A stretch of DNA of 64,000 nt from Eledone cirrhosa (taxonomy: Eukaryota). Below are positions 12,101 through 26,470 of this stretch, piece after piece (the first letter of the stretch is position 1; each line of letters begins with the position of its first letter). The stretch lies in contig OZ024764.1 of NCBI GenBank assembly GCA_964016885.1, positions 25,544,001 to 25,608,000 of the forward strand, given 5' to 3'. The notes below the pieces were generated by a model that saw only the letters and a program-made list of their open reading frames with translations, made no database searches and was not told the DNA's origin. The translations under genes and the position numbers were made by a program.

Positions 12101-12913
12101 TGCATCACAGAATTCCAGGATTCTGGAGCCTTCCTCATTTCTAGTACCAAACCCATAGCCTCCATGGATTTCGTCGTAGCCGTCACAATGTTGTCCAACG
12201 TGACCATTTAGGTCGCCTGCAATAATTATATAGTCACTGTCGGATATTTGGGAGGTAGTTAGCATCAGTGTCTCATAGAATCTGTCTTTTATAGTGCCGG
12301 GCAGTCCGGATTGGGGCGCGTACGCAGATATTACTGTCACCGTAGTTCTATTGAGGACAAGTCGTATTTTAATTATTCTGTCGTTCACTCTATTTACGTC
12401 TATTATCTTATCTGCCCACTTTTCTGCTACCATGATTCCTACTCCATCGTCGTTTCCCACCCAGAAAAGCTTATAACATCGTTTTTTACCCTCAATGAAC
12501 CTAGCAGACCCACCCCTCCACCTGGTCTCTTGAATACAACAAACATCGACCTCCTTACGTTCAAGCATTTCTACAACCTCGTTAGCGCGACCCTTTAGGG
12601 TGCCTACATTTATGGTACCAACTCAGAAGTTTGGGATTGAGTTTGGGGGTTGGGGGTGGTGGGTGGCGGGGGGCGATGGGGTTATGTTAGCCGTCCGCGG
12701 TCGAAACAATGAGGAGTGCTCGCATTCTCGTCCAAGAGGTGAATTTGTCTTTATCTTTGGCATTGTCGCTGAGCGTCCAGGTTTTCTCTCTCCAGTATTC
12801 CGCAGTCCATCCATCCATCATATATCGAAAGGCAACCAGGCAAGCGATAGTATAGGCCTCTGGCTTCTGATTGGTCCGCGTAATAATACTGGTGATGCGT
12901 GGGGGCTCTGGCT
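9200..12913 (-). mobile_element. Near full-length RTE-clade LINE
   Basis: About 100-nt leader, single APE-RT ORF, about 380-nt 3' UTR and (GAT)n tail at 9200-9223. Both ends abut TA/TACA arrays. Confidence 0.95.
9602..12814 (-). CDS. RTE ORF: AP endonuclease + reverse transcriptase with internal PHD-type finger; one in-frame TGA at 12625-12623
   Basis: GTINVG, CCIQET, SAYAPQ, GDLNGH, QVDYIL, SQHR (APE); [35 protein letters not shown] (RT). The 63-aa ORF 12814-12623 is in frame with the 988-aa ORF starting at 12568. Confidence 0.93.
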
Positions 12914-12965
12914 TACATACATATATATATATATATATACATACATATATATATATATACATACA

Positions 12966-13001
<36 letters not shown>

Positions 13002-13040
13002 TATACATACATTTATATATATATACATACATATATATAT

Positions 13041-13071
<31 letters not shown>

Positions 13072-13190
13072 CATACATACATATATATATACATACATAT
13101 ATATATATATATATACATACATATATATATATATATACATACATATATATATATATACATACATATATATATATACATACATATATATAT

Positions 13191-13223
<33 letters not shown>

Positions 13224-13331
13224 CATACATATACATACATACATATATATATATACATACATACATACATATATATACATACATACATACATATATATAT
13301 ATATATACATACATACATATATATATATACA
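12914..13331. repeat. (TA)n/(TACA) compound microsatellite
   Basis: Direct reading. Confidence 0.98.
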
Positions 13332-13334
13332 TTT

Positions 13335-13552
13335 TTCTAGTCGATCGACTTTCGTCAAATCGGACCGAGGAAACTATGTTTCCGTTGGTCTTTCCAATTG
13401 CTAATACTATCTATCGGTCGCAACTCCAGATAGAAGGAGCAACGTGAAATAAAGTGTCTTGCTCAAGGACATAACGCATCGCCTGGTTCAGGAATCGAAC
13501 TCACAACCTCACGATTGTGAATCCAATACTCTAACCACTCAGCCACACGCCT
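13335..13552 (-). mobile_element. tRNA-derived SINE
   Basis: A box TGGCTGAGTGG (13545-13535), B box GTTCGATTCC (13500-13491), then a CORE/V-like domain gtccttgagcaagacact. Confidence 0.85.
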
Positions 13553-13559
13553 TCACATC

Positions 13560-13694
13560 ATATATATACATACATACATATATATATATACATACATATA
13601 TATATATACATACATATATATATACATACATACATATATATACATACATATACATATATATATACATACATACATATATATATATACATACATA

Positions 13695-13746
<52 letters not shown>

Positions 13747-13750
13747 CATG

Positions 13751-13781
<31 letters not shown>

Positions 13782-13813
13782 ATATACATACATACATATA
13801 TATATATATATAC

Positions 13814-13847
<34 letters not shown>

Positions 13848-13849
13848 AT

Positions 13850-13880
<31 letters not shown>

Positions 13881-14028
13881 CATACATACATATATATACA
13901 TACATACATATATATATATACATACATACATATATATATATACATACATACATATATATATATACATACATATATATATATACATACATACATATATATA
14001 TATACATACATACATATATATATATATA
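13560..14028. repeat. (TA)n/(TACA) compound microsatellite
   Basis: Direct reading. Confidence 0.98.
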
Positions 14029-14115
14029 TAACTTTGAATAACTTTGAAATGTTTTGGCCAGTATTGGCCCAGGCCATGTCTAACTTAATAGCACCACCTG
14101 GCGAAGTCTTTCAAT

Positions 14116-17061
14116 TCAGGATTTGGGCACCATGGCCCATTCGAGAAGAGAATTACTGTTTGCGGAGACATATCCGGGTGTGGGTGGTTTGTCCGGGATT
14201 ACTTGGAGGAATTTGTCCAAAGACTTCTTGAATTTTGTGTGGTCAGTTTCTGTTTTGACGTGTCCTGGTGTGATGTTGAAGAGAGCAGGGCCGATTGAGG
14301 TGAAATAATTGTGCCGTATTGTTGTTATGAGTTGCGATTTAGATTTTTGAATGGGACGGATAGCACGGGGCCCAAGCCTTGGGTGTATCTTGAAGGCGAT
14401 GCCAACATCATTTGGGCAGTGATGATGGAACATTTTCCACATCATGCAGATAATATAATGCTCACGGCGACGTTGGAGTGAGTAAAGTTTCAGGTTTTCT
14501 AATCGACCCCAGTAGTCAAGGTCTGACATGCCATCTATCTTTTTCGTCATTGCCCTTTGAGGAGCTTCAAGTTTCATGATACTTTGTTTCGTGTGGGGAG
14601 ACCACAGTGGACAACAGTATTCAAGGTGCGGTCGGGCAAAAGTAGAGAAGAGAAGGATAATGGTGTGGGAATCTCTCGACTGGAAGGTTCTGAGGATCCA
14701 GGAACACATTCTGCGGGCCATGTCAACTTTGCTGCTTATATGCGTGGTCCAGCTTATGTTGCTGTCCACGGTTACTCCCAAGTCTCTGATGTTGTTAGAT
14801 GCCACGAGAGTTTCCCCGGAGGGAAGGGAGTACGGGAGTTTCAGAGCATCCTCTTTTCCAAAGTGGATCAGTTCGAATTTGTCTTCGTTCAGTAACATGT
14901 TGTTCTTTTCCGCCCATTGGGTAACAGCCAGTAGGTCTGACTGAAGGCTTATCCGGTCATCCACGCCATTGATGACCTTTTGGAGCTTGGAATCATCAGC
15001 GAAAATTTTAATGTTGCTGTGTTTGATGATGTCAGTGATGTCATTAATAAAGATGATGAAGAGAAGTGGGCCCAACACAGTGCCTTGTGGGACCCCACTA
15101 CTGACTTTGGCTGGGCTGGATTTGACTCCCTCAACTACAACATGTTGGGTTCTGTTTGACAGGAAGCTCTTGATCCACTGCAGCAGCTTTCCAGTGACAC
15201 CAATATTGGACAGCTTTCTCAGTAGAATGTTATGATCAACCCTGTCAAAGGCCTTGCTGAAATCAAGGTAGATAACATCAGTGTTGGAACCCTCTCCCAA
15301 GGCTCTCAAAATGTCATCAAAGTGATGCAGTAGCTGCGTCAGGCAATCCCTTCCATTACGGAATCCATGCTGGTTGGAGTTCAGCATATTGTTACTCTCA
15401 AGGAAGTGGGTCATTCGCGATCTCACCACTCTCTCAAATACCTTAATGATATGAGAGGTGAGTGAGATTGGACGGTAATTCACGGCAAGGGATTTGTTTC
15501 CCTTTTTGAAAACTGGGACAACAGACTGGGATAGAAGGTTTTCTGGAACATATCCAGCATCCAGTGAGTTCCGCCACAGATTGGCAAGAGGAGATGCAAG
15601 TTGGTGTTGACACGCCTTCAAGACACAAGCAGGGAACCTATCGGGACCTACTGCTGAATTATGCTTGATTTCCTTTATTGCCGCCAATACATCAGGGGTG
15701 CCAAACGTTATGTCCGATAAGGTGTAATGGGGAGTAACATCGCCGATACAGCCCAGATCGGCCATATCAGGATTGCTGAAAACAGAGCAGTATTGTTTCT
15801 GCAGTATCTCACCCATGGTTTTAGCATTGTCTTGAAGAGTGCCATTTTCATCAATTAGAGGGCCAACAGTAGAGCCAGTGATTTTGTGTTTTTTTGCAAA
15901 TGAAAAGAACACTTTGGGATTGAGTTTGATCTTCTCAATGGCCCAGGCTTCTTCAGCTCTTCTCTGATTGTTGATGAGGGACATTATGTTGTTTTGGAGG
16001 TTATGTTTTTTAATCTCTAGTGATGAAATGGCAGTCAAGTTGATGTGTTGCTGCTGACAGTATTTCAGCTTGTTGATTTTTTTGTTCGTTCTCTTAATTT
16101 TTCTGATGAGCGTTTTTCTATTTCTAGGGATTCTGCTCTTAGATTTGTTTATAGTTCTTAATGGGGTGTGTTTAGCACATATGTTTGTAACAGTGTCCAC
16201 AAATGTCTGCCAGGACTTTTTGATGTTAGTGGGTGTATGAGTGTGCGTGAAGGACCAGTCGACATGTGCAAGATCATGACTGATCGCTTCCCAGTTTGCA
16301 TTGTGGAAATCCATAGCGTCAAACGGATGGACAGGAGAGATGACATTGGGTTTGTATATTGGACGGTGGAATCTCAGATCACAGAGAACCATGTCATGAT
16401 CAGAGAGTAGAGTTTTCTCCACTGCAATATTGTGGATATTGTCAGTGTGATTGCTGAAAATTAAGTCTAGGACGTTTTTGTGGCACCTCGTTGGTTCAAG
16501 CACCAGTTGGGATAGGAAGAAATCATCCATGAAGTCAAGAAGCGATTCCACTGCTTCCCTGTCAGAGGTTGAGGCAGAAGAACCTGGTGGCAGGCTGTTT
16601 GTGGACCAGTCAACTCCGGGGAGGTTGAAGTCCCCCATCATTAAGATGTTGTCAGGGTGACACTCTTGGATGAAACACTTTATGCTGTTGAGGCATTCCT
16701 TGAAGCATGGTACAGGCGTTTGGCGTGGCCTATAGAGCCCAACTACTAATAGGTTGTTGGTTTGACTGAATACAGTGACTGCTTCACAGTATCCATTAGT
16801 GAATATGTTCATAGCCTCTGTTGAGAAAGAATTATGGACATAAATGGCAGTTCCGCCCTTTCTTCTGCCAGCGCGATCAGCACGGATGGCTTTGAAATTT
16901 TTCACTTTCACCTCGGCTTCCAAGTGGAGGTTACTGAGATGGGTTTCAGTGAGGACGAAGAAAGGGATGTGGTTTGGATGGACATCAATCCAGTCCTCCA
17001 GGAATTTGATCTTCCATTTTTGAGTGTTGGTGGAAGGGCTGATGCCTTGGGCGTTAAGCAA
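14116..17061 (-). CDS. LINE ORF2: AP endonuclease + reverse transcriptase (no AUG before the endonuclease)
   Basis: LNAQG, LTETHL, GGTAIYV, LYRP, GDFNLP, LDLIF, SDH; [46 protein letters not shown]. The frame is open upstream to 17253. Confidence 0.95.
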   Translation of the reverse strand: MLNAQGISPSTNTQKWKIKFLEDWIDVHPNHIPFFVLTETHLSNLHLEAEVKVKNFKAIRADRAGRRKGGTAIYVHNSFSTEAMNIFTNGYCEAVTVFSQTNNLLVVGLYRPRQTPVPCFKECLNSIKCFIQECHPDNILMMGDFNLPGVDWSTNSLPPGSSASTSDREAVESLLDFMDDFFLSQLVLEPTRCHKNVLDLIFSNHTDNIHNIAVEKTLLSDHDMVLCDLRFHRPIYKPNVISPVHPFDAMDFHNANWEAISHDLAHVDWSFTHTHTPTNIKKSWQTFVDTVTNICAKHTPLRTINKSKSRIPRNRKTLIRKIKRTNKKINKLKYCQQQHINLTAISSLEIKKHNLQNNIMSLINNQRRAEEAWAIEKIKLNPKVFFSFAKKHKITGSTVGPLIDENGTLQDNAKTMGEILQKQYCSVFSNPDMADLGCIGDVTPHYTLSDITFGTPDVLAAIKEIKHNSAVGPDRFPACVLKACQHQLASPLANLWRNSLDAGYVPENLLSQSVVPVFKKGNKSLAVNYRPISLTSHIIKVFERVVRSRMTHFLESNNMLNSNQHGFRNGRDCLTQLLHHFDDILRALGEGSNTDVIYLDFSKAFDRVDHNILLRKLSNIGVTGKLLQWIKSFLSNRTQHVVVEGVKSSPAKVSSGVPQGTVLGPLLFIIFINDITDIIKHSNIKIFADDSKLQKVINGVDDRISLQSDLLAVTQWAEKNNMLLNEDKFELIHFGKEDALKLPYSLPSGETLVASNNIRDLGVTVDSNISWTTHISSKVDMARRMCSWILRTFQSRDSHTIILLFSTFARPHLEYCCPLWSPHTKQSIMKLEAPQRAMTKKIDGMSDLDYWGRLENLKLYSLQRRREHYIICMMWKMFHHHCPNDVGIAFKIHPRLGPRAIRPIQKSKSQLITTIRHNYFTSIGPALFNITPGHVKTETDHTKFKKSLDKFLQVIPDKPPTPGYVSANSNSLLEWAMVPKS

Positions 17062-17123
17062 AAATGTAGAGGCGAGAGTGGATGGTTTTAATTGTTTTGG
17101 TGTGTTGTTAATTTGTTTGTTTG

Positions 17124-18272
17124 TTAATGGCAGTAATGGAAGTTTGTGCAGTGGGGTGATAGTGGAGGGTGGTGCTGGGTGATAGCTCGAATGTTTTTTT
17201 CCAGTTCTTTTGCCAGATTCATTATGGCTAAAAAAGAGGAAGAAGTTTCCTGTTTAGAAGACTGTTGGTGACTGTGGTAGTGGTTATTTTTATGTAGGTT
17301 ATGGTTTTTGTTTTTGCTTTTATTTTTAATTTTATTTTCATTTGTCCGACGGGTCCCCGGGAGATGGGTAAAGGGACAATCCCGGTCTAAACACAATCTG
17401 TCTCGCAGGGAAAAGCGGCAGATTTGTGGATTCCTTGTTTGAGTTATTGGTGGTTGTGTTGGTGTTAAATTAGAGTATGTATTATGGTGGTGGCTGTTTG
17501 TGGGGATAGATCGTTTTGTCCTAGGTAAATGGGTGAATTTGCAGCCACTATCCGTACATATTCTATAGCGTAGAGAGTAGCGGCAAATGATGGGGTTTCG
17601 AGTGGGTGGGTATGTGGGTGTGTGTGTTGTGAGAGGTGTAGATGATGGTTTGAGTAGGATTTGACGACCTTTGTGGACTGTGGGAGGGAGAGTTCTTGTT
17701 CTGGTATTAGAAGGTAAATTCCTTGACATAGCAGTAGACAAAAATGTTGTAGTAGTAGTAGTAGTAGTAGTAGGCAGAGAAGATGTTGGCAGTGGTGATG
17801 ATTGGACTGCTGGGCCAGAGAAAGGATGTGGCGTTTCATGCTGTGAGACAGAGGCTACTGGGAGGTCAATAGTTTCATTTAGTAGATCGGCCATTGTTGA
17901 TGAATCAAGGAGTGGTTCACACTGTTGTTGTTGTTGTTGTTGTTGCTGTTGTTGATGTTGTTGTTGTAGCTGTTGTTGTTGTTGCCGTTGTAGCTGCTGT
18001 TGTTGTTGTTGCTGGACAGCATTCGAAGAAAAAACACACCGTAGTTTATCCAAATGTTTATTGATTAATTTAAAAGAAATTTCGATTTGCTTTAATTTAT
18101 TTTGAATCTGTTGTTCAGATCGAGTTTTCAAAAATTGAACTGTACGTTTAGCAATGTCGTTCAGAGATGAAGCATCTATGTCTTCTGTTTGGGTAAGGCA
18201 ATGCCATGTGTTTATTAGAATGTCGATTTCATTATCAGACCAGTTCTGTTTGGATTTTTGCTGGTTAGCCAT
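17124..18272 (-). CDS. LINE ORF1: Myb/SANT-like N-terminus, polyQ and P/S/T linker, two CCCH zinc fingers
   Basis: First ATG at 18272. NWSDNEIDILINTW...RSEQQIQNKLKQI; CRYSLRYRICTDSGCKFTH and CRFSLRDRLCLDRDCPFTH (C-x8-C-x4-C-x3-H). Confidence 0.8.
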   Translation of the reverse strand: MANQQKSKQNWSDNEIDILINTWHCLTQTEDIDASSLNDIAKRTVQFLKTRSEQQIQNKLKQIEISFKLINKHLDKLRCVFSSNAVQQQQQQQLQRQQQQQLQQQHQQQQQQQQQQQCEPLLDSSTMADLLNETIDLPVASVSQHETPHPFSGPAVQSSPLPTSSLPTTTTTTTTTFLSTAMSRNLPSNTRTRTLPPTVHKGRQILLKPSSTPLTTHTPTYPPTRNPIICRYSLRYRICTDSGCKFTHLPRTKRSIPTNSHHHNTYSNLTPTQPPITQTRNPQICRFSLRDRLCLDRDCPFTHLPGTRRTNENKIKNKSKNKNHNLHKNNHYHSHQQSSKQETSSSFLAIMNLAKELEKNIRAITQHHPPLSPHCTNFHYCH

Positions 18273-18391
18273 TCTAGTTTTGAGTGTGTGTGTTTTAGTT
18301 AAGTATTTCAATATATATATATTTTTTTTAATTTATTTTTGTTTTTTGTTTTTCTTGTGTGTGAGTGAGAAGAGTATATATATAAATATGA

Positions 18392-18433
<42 letters not shown>

Positions 18434-18599
18434 TCTGGTTATTTGAAATTAATTAAATTAATGAAAAGACGAAAGTATATAATAATAATTTGTAGTTAAA
18501 GGAAAATGTACTCACAAGTTGGAAAACACGTGGTTTCAAATATATAATAATATAGATGTATGTAAATGTATTAACCGGTCAATTTTCAAATATATAATA

Positions 18600-20672
<2,073 letters not shown>

Positions 20673-20674
<2 letters not shown>

Positions 20675-21014
20675 GAAAGGATGAATATAAAATGAAAGTG
20701 CTTTTGTTAAAAAAGGAATTTATTAGGTATTGACATATGTTTCTGTAACAGACCGAATACCTATGTATCGCTGCTTGCGTAATCATATAATGTTAGCAAG
20801 TATTCGATAGCAAATGTATAATCAGTTGTCACTTCTTCAGAGATTTTTGAAGAAGTGACAACTGATTATACATTTGCTATCGAATACTTGCTAACATTAT
20901 ATGATTACGCAAGCAGCGATACATAGGTATTCGGTCTGTTACAGAAACATATGTCAATACCTAATAAATTCTTTTTTTAACAAAAGCACTTTCATTTTAT
21001 ATTCATCCTTTCTA
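20673..21014. repeat. Near-perfect palindrome (167-bp arms, 8-nt spacer) made of hammerhead-bearing sequence
   Basis: 20673-20839 is the reverse complement of 20848-21014 (one mismatch seen). Each arm reads outward (C/T)TGAAGA-long stem II-GAAA-catatg-TC-aatacctAATAAA. Confidence 0.92.
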
Positions 21015-21126
21015 CATTTCTCCGGAATATAATTTATACTCGTTGAGCAAACCTGCACGTACGCTGTTCATCTCTAACGTAACGATATATTATCACTACA
21101 TTATTGATAACCTGAAATTTTATATA

Positions 21127-21200
<74 letters not shown>

Positions 21201-21229
21201 CATATATATATACATATATATATATATAC

Positions 21230-21262
<33 letters not shown>

Positions 21263-21284
21263 CATATATATACACATATACACA

Positions 21285-21340
<56 letters not shown>

Positions 21341-21487
21341 TATACATATATAGATAATTTAGTATATCTATTAACATATGCGTGCAGATGTACGCTAATG
21401 CCAGCAAATACACAGGTTATGTCATAGTACCTAGGTGGTTCAATGCAGGAGGATGCAGAACAATATATATATATATATACATATATT

Positions 21488-21518
<31 letters not shown>

Positions 21519-21561
21519 CATATATATATATATATATATACATATATACATATATATATAT

Positions 21562-21650
<89 letters not shown>

Positions 21651-21676
21651 CATACATATATATATATACATACATT

Positions 21677-23917
21677 GAACCAAAAACGTGAGGTGTTCAG
21701 GATTGCTAGGCAATGTGTCAAGGAAAACCGTGATATCGTCAGGGAGAAGTGTTTCCTTAATGATGATGGTGTACTTGCCATCACTGACGCTGATAAGAAG
21801 GTAGCTTGGAAGTGTCACTACGAAAGGCTTCTAAATGAGGAGAATAAATGGGAGAAAGACAGTCTCCCCCACATTGACCCAATAGAGGGACCAGCAGTGT
21901 TAGTCGAAGGTAGTATAATAAGTAAGGCAATCAAAGATATGAACACGGGTAAGGCAGCTGGACCTTCGGAAATAGTTGCTGAGCTGCTGAAGGCATCTGG
22001 AACGGTGGGACACACCATGGTCACCCGGATAGTAAACCAAGTCGTACAGAATGGGGTTGTTCCGAAGGACTGGCGTAGCAGCATCATCATTAACTGTTAT
22101 AAGGGTAAAGGAGATGCCCTAGATAGGAGTAACTATAGAGGCATTAAATTAATCGACCAGGTCATGAAGGTCACGGAAAAAGTAATAGCGCAACTAATCA
22201 GAGAGAGAATTGATCTAGATGAAATGCAGTTCGGGTTTGTGTCAGGCAAAAGTACCACAGACGCTCTTTTCATTGTACGACACAACTACAGGAGAAGTAC
22301 CTAGCTAAAAGTAAACCTCTATACTTAGCTTTTGTCGACTTGGAGAAAGCCTTTGACAGAGTCCCCCGTTCCATTATCTGGTGGGCTCTTAGAAAACTAG
22401 GTGTTGACGAATGGCTTGTGAGAGCTATACAAGCCATGTATAAAGAAACAGTCAGCAAGGTTAAAATTAACAATGAATATAGTGAAGAGTTTAGCGTAAA
22501 AGTTGGTGCCCATCAGGGCTCTGTTCTTAGCCCCCTACTATTTATTATTGCTCTTCAGGCTATAACAGAGGAGTTCAAGACCGGCTGCCCATGGGAACTC
22601 CTATACGCAGATGACCTAACACTCATAGCTGAATCAATGGCTGAGCCAGAGAAGAAATTCCAAACATGGAAGCACGGCCTAGAAATTAACCTGGCTAAGA
22701 CTAAAGTTCTAGAAAGAAAATAAGGCGGCGGTCCCTTCCGGGAAGTGGCCATGCTCAGTGTGTAGGAAAGGCGTAGGTAGAAAATCCATTTTATGTCACA
22801 AATGCAAAGTATGGGTGCATAAAAGATGTATTGGGATCACAGGTAAGCTAACTAAGAACATAGATTTTACATGTGGCCGGTGCTCTGGTGCAATAAGTAG
22901 CAGCAAGTGCCCACAAAATACTAGCTCTTTCAATTGCGTAGAGGGTTCTATAGAAATAGTGGACAGCTTCCGTTACCTGGGTGACAAAATCAGCAGTGGA
23001 GGAGGGTGCTCTGAAAGTACAGACTAGAGTCAGAAATGGATGGAAAAAATTCAGAGAGCTTATACCACTATTAGCCGCTAAAGGGTTCTCCCTAAAAATG
23101 AAAGGCAGGTTGTATGATGCCTGCATACGAACAGCAATGTTGCATGGCAGTGAGACCTGGGCATTGTGTGCAGAGGATATACGCAGACTAGAGAGGAACG
23201 AAGCTTGCATACTCCGCTGGATGTGTAATAGTAATATATGTGAACGGCAAAGCATAAACGAACTAAGGAAAAAATTAGAAATAAGAGGGATCAGATGTTG
23301 TTTACTCGAGAGAAGGCTACGTTGGTATGGTCACGTGATGCGCATGAAAGACGACAGCTGTATAACAAAGTGCAGGACAATAAAGATAGACGGTAGTCAC
23401 GGAGTAGGCAGACCCAGAAAAACCTGGGACGAGCTGATAAATTCCGACCTCACACACTTACACCTCTCCAAGACAATGTCACTGGACCGAGACCTTTGGC
23501 GGTACTCAGTAATAGAGAAGACCCGCCTTACCTAAATACAAAGTAAAACCTACTACAGTCTGTAGGCATCTCTAACAAAATACACCCCCCCCCCACATCC
23601 CATCCACACCGCCCCTTTCAATGTAAAGTTATGTTGGTGCCACAACATTCAGGCCGAAACAAATGAGATCGTGTAGGTGTCACGACAAAAAAACACACAG
23701 TCCACGCTGTAATGTGGCCGTGTAGGCAACACGGTAAAAACCTCCCAGCCCCACACTGTAAATGTGGTTGTTGTTAGGAAGGGCATCCAGCTGTAGAAAA
23801 CCCGCCAGACAGTCCTATGCGAGCAATGACAACCACTCTTGCCTCAAGTGGGAAAACTCCCGTCCAAACCCATACAAGCGTGGAACATGGACGTTAAACG
23901 ATGATGATGATGATGAT
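21677..23917 (+). mobile_element. 5'-truncated RTE LINE, same family as 9200-12913, frameshifted
   Basis: ORF pieces 21435-22304, 22340-22723, 22758-23027 and 22981-23535 are nearly identical to the full ORF (YADD, PHD). Has 3' UTR and (GAT)n tail. Confidence 0.95.
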
Positions 23918-23932
23918 ATATAAGTATATATA

Positions 23933-23975
<43 letters not shown>

Positions 23976-24244
23976 GAATAATCGAGTATCGGAAAATCGG
24001 CGCACGAGTTCACGATAAACAAAATTCGATATGAGCGGCAGAGGGCTCAATAATTTAGATAAATCAGAGCTATAACTATCGTTAAAATACCGTCACACAT
24101 AGAACAAGTCTATAATCAACCATACGACCGAAAAATTGCGATCTGGAAGATTCGGGACACTCAGATAAAAAATCAATAAATCAATAAATCAAATATTTAT
24201 ATATATATATATATGTGTATATATATATATATCTTCGTCTATGG

Positions 24245-25025
24245 ACATTTTTAATAAAGCCCTTAAGAACAGCGGTTTTACAGAAAAAATTTCTTATTTA
24301 CCTACCCCCCCCCCCCTAAAACTAACCACAATAACAGGAAAAGGAAGATTATTTGGTTCACCCCCCCCCCCCTTCTCTCTAACTGTCAATCTAATGTAGG
24401 AAGGAAATTCCTTGAACTATTAGACAAACATTTTCCTCCTAATCATAGATATTATAAGATTTTTAATAGGAACGTAGTTAAGATCAGCTACTCTTGTTGC
24501 CCATCCATGAAGTCCAAAATCACCAGTTCAAACCGTACGAGAATAAATCCAGGATGCAGTTGCAGGAAGCCGGGTGAATGCCCATTGCAGGGTAAATGTA
24601 ACACCAAATCTGTCGTTTATGAGGCTAAGATAACACTGGTAATCAACAACCAGCCAGCCAGGAGTGAGCGATATGTCGGTATGACCCAGGACAGGTTTAA
24701 AACCAGATTTTACTCACATGTCGCTTCTTTTAAGCACACCGATAAACGAACATCAACGGCCCTCGCAAGTAAGGTGTGGGAACTCAAGGATAGTAACATC
24801 CCGTACTCTATTGATTGGTCTATATTAGACCATTCGAGGGAGTACCAAAGGGGCACAAAGAATTGTTCTTTGTGTACCACAGCAAAGTATAGGATTTTGC
24901 TAAACTTGAGAGCCACTTCCGCTTGCCTTAACTCTAAGACTGAGATCTTCAGATGCTGTCCTCATCTGAAATCGCATCTGATCTGTAACTGGATTGACAC
25001 TCCTATGATAAATCAACCGCCTTGA
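24245..25025 (+). pseudogene. Penelope-like element fragment: RT-EN linker and GIY-YIG endonuclease
   Basis: RKIIWFTPP..VGRKFL.LLDKHFP..KIFNRN.VKISYSC, CSCRKPGECPLQGKC, VVY...YVG, FKTRF..H, CSLC...LN...E...CPH. Confidence 0.88.
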
Positions 25026-25194
25026 ACTCCTTCCCTGCTCTTTACTTCTGCTACGGTTTTTATTTTGCTGATTCTACATTCTGTACTCTTGTATATTTAC
25101 TTATATTTTTTTCTCCCTTACCTCCCCTTATATTTCACCTTTTCTTATGTCCCCCCCCCCATATATTCTTTTTGCCTTGCCCTTCACATACCTA

Positions 25195-25547
25195 TGTGTA
25201 TGTGTATGTATATTTGTGTGTGTATATATATGTATATATATGTATATAAGTATGTATATATATATATGTATGTGTGTGTATGTGTATATATATGTATATA
25301 TTTGTGTGTGTATATGTATGTATATGTGGATAGACCAGGTTTTTTTCATTCTGTAGATTGAAGAAAAATTTTTTTGCTTTTAAGAAACCACTGGTGAATG
25401 GAATAATTACCTTATGTTGCTTTATTATTTTACTACTATATATATGTATATGTAAGGTTCATATGAATTATCTAAGACTGAGTTTTACACATACACACAT
25501 GTATGTGTGTGTGTATGTGTATGCATATGTATATATGTGTATATATG

Positions 25548-25581
<34 letters not shown>

Positions 25582-25736
25582 CGTGTGTGTATATATATAT
25601 GTATGTGTGTGTGTGTGTTTATTTGGTTGTGCGTGTTTTTGATATGTACGTATTTGTATGTGTATAATTGTTTAGCTATGTATGTATATGTGCGTGTATA
25701 TATATAATTATGTGTGTGTGTGTGTGTGTTTATATT

Positions 25737-25795
<59 letters not shown>

Positions 25796-26373
25796 ATATA
25801 ATTACATATACATACGTGTGTGTATATATTGTATACGTGCGCGTGTTTGTGCATGTATGTGTATGTATGTGTTTATGTATTTGTATATGTATATTTATGT
25901 GTGAGAGTGTGTGTATGTGTTTACTATTTCGTACGTATGTATACGTGCATTTGTGTGTATTACCACGCGTGTCTGTCCAGTTAGCTGCCTTATGTAACGG
26001 TGACAAAAATTTTTTATATATATTTTTTTTTTTTTATTATATTTATTTGCGTGTGTGAATATGTAGAGGAGTGCATTTATGTATGTGTATGTATGTACGT
26101 GTGTATATATGTATGATTGTGTGAATGTATGTATGTATATTTGTGTGTGTATGGCTATGTTTGTGTATGCTTGTACACACATGTATATATGTATATGTAT
26201 ATGTGTATATATGTATATATATATGTGTGTATATGTGTGTGTGTGTGTGTGTATGTATGAGTGTATGTATGTGTATATGTATGTGTATGTATGTGTGTGT
26301 GTATGTATGTGTCTATGTGTATGTATGTGTGTGTGTATGTATGTGTATGTATATATATGTGTGTATGTGTATG

Positions 26374-26425
<52 letters not shown>

Positions 26426-26470
26426 TATGTGTGTGTATGTATGTTTTTGTGTTTTTTTTTGTGTGTTTGC
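25195..26470. repeat. (TG)/(TA) compound low-complexity tract
   Basis: Direct reading. Confidence 0.9.

Larger units (their letters stand above)
14029..18380 (-). mobile_element. Apparently intact two-ORF CR1-group LINE
   Basis: ORF1 and ORF2 are both uninterrupted. The short 3' UTR has the hairpin ggcca-atac-tggcc and tandem tail (TTCAAAGTTA)2. Flanked by TA arrays. Confidence 0.9.

Noticed and set aside
12815-12913. HDV-like ribozyme in the RTE 5' UTR, known from some RTEs
   Set aside because: No nested double pseudoknot could be read; the leader is short and possibly truncated.
13480-13552. tRNA gene
   Set aside because: A and B boxes are present but the acceptor stem is poor and the sequence continues into a SINE body.
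9200-18380. Target-site duplications for the two long LINEs
   Set aside because: Flanks are TA microsatellite, so TSDs cannot be distinguished.
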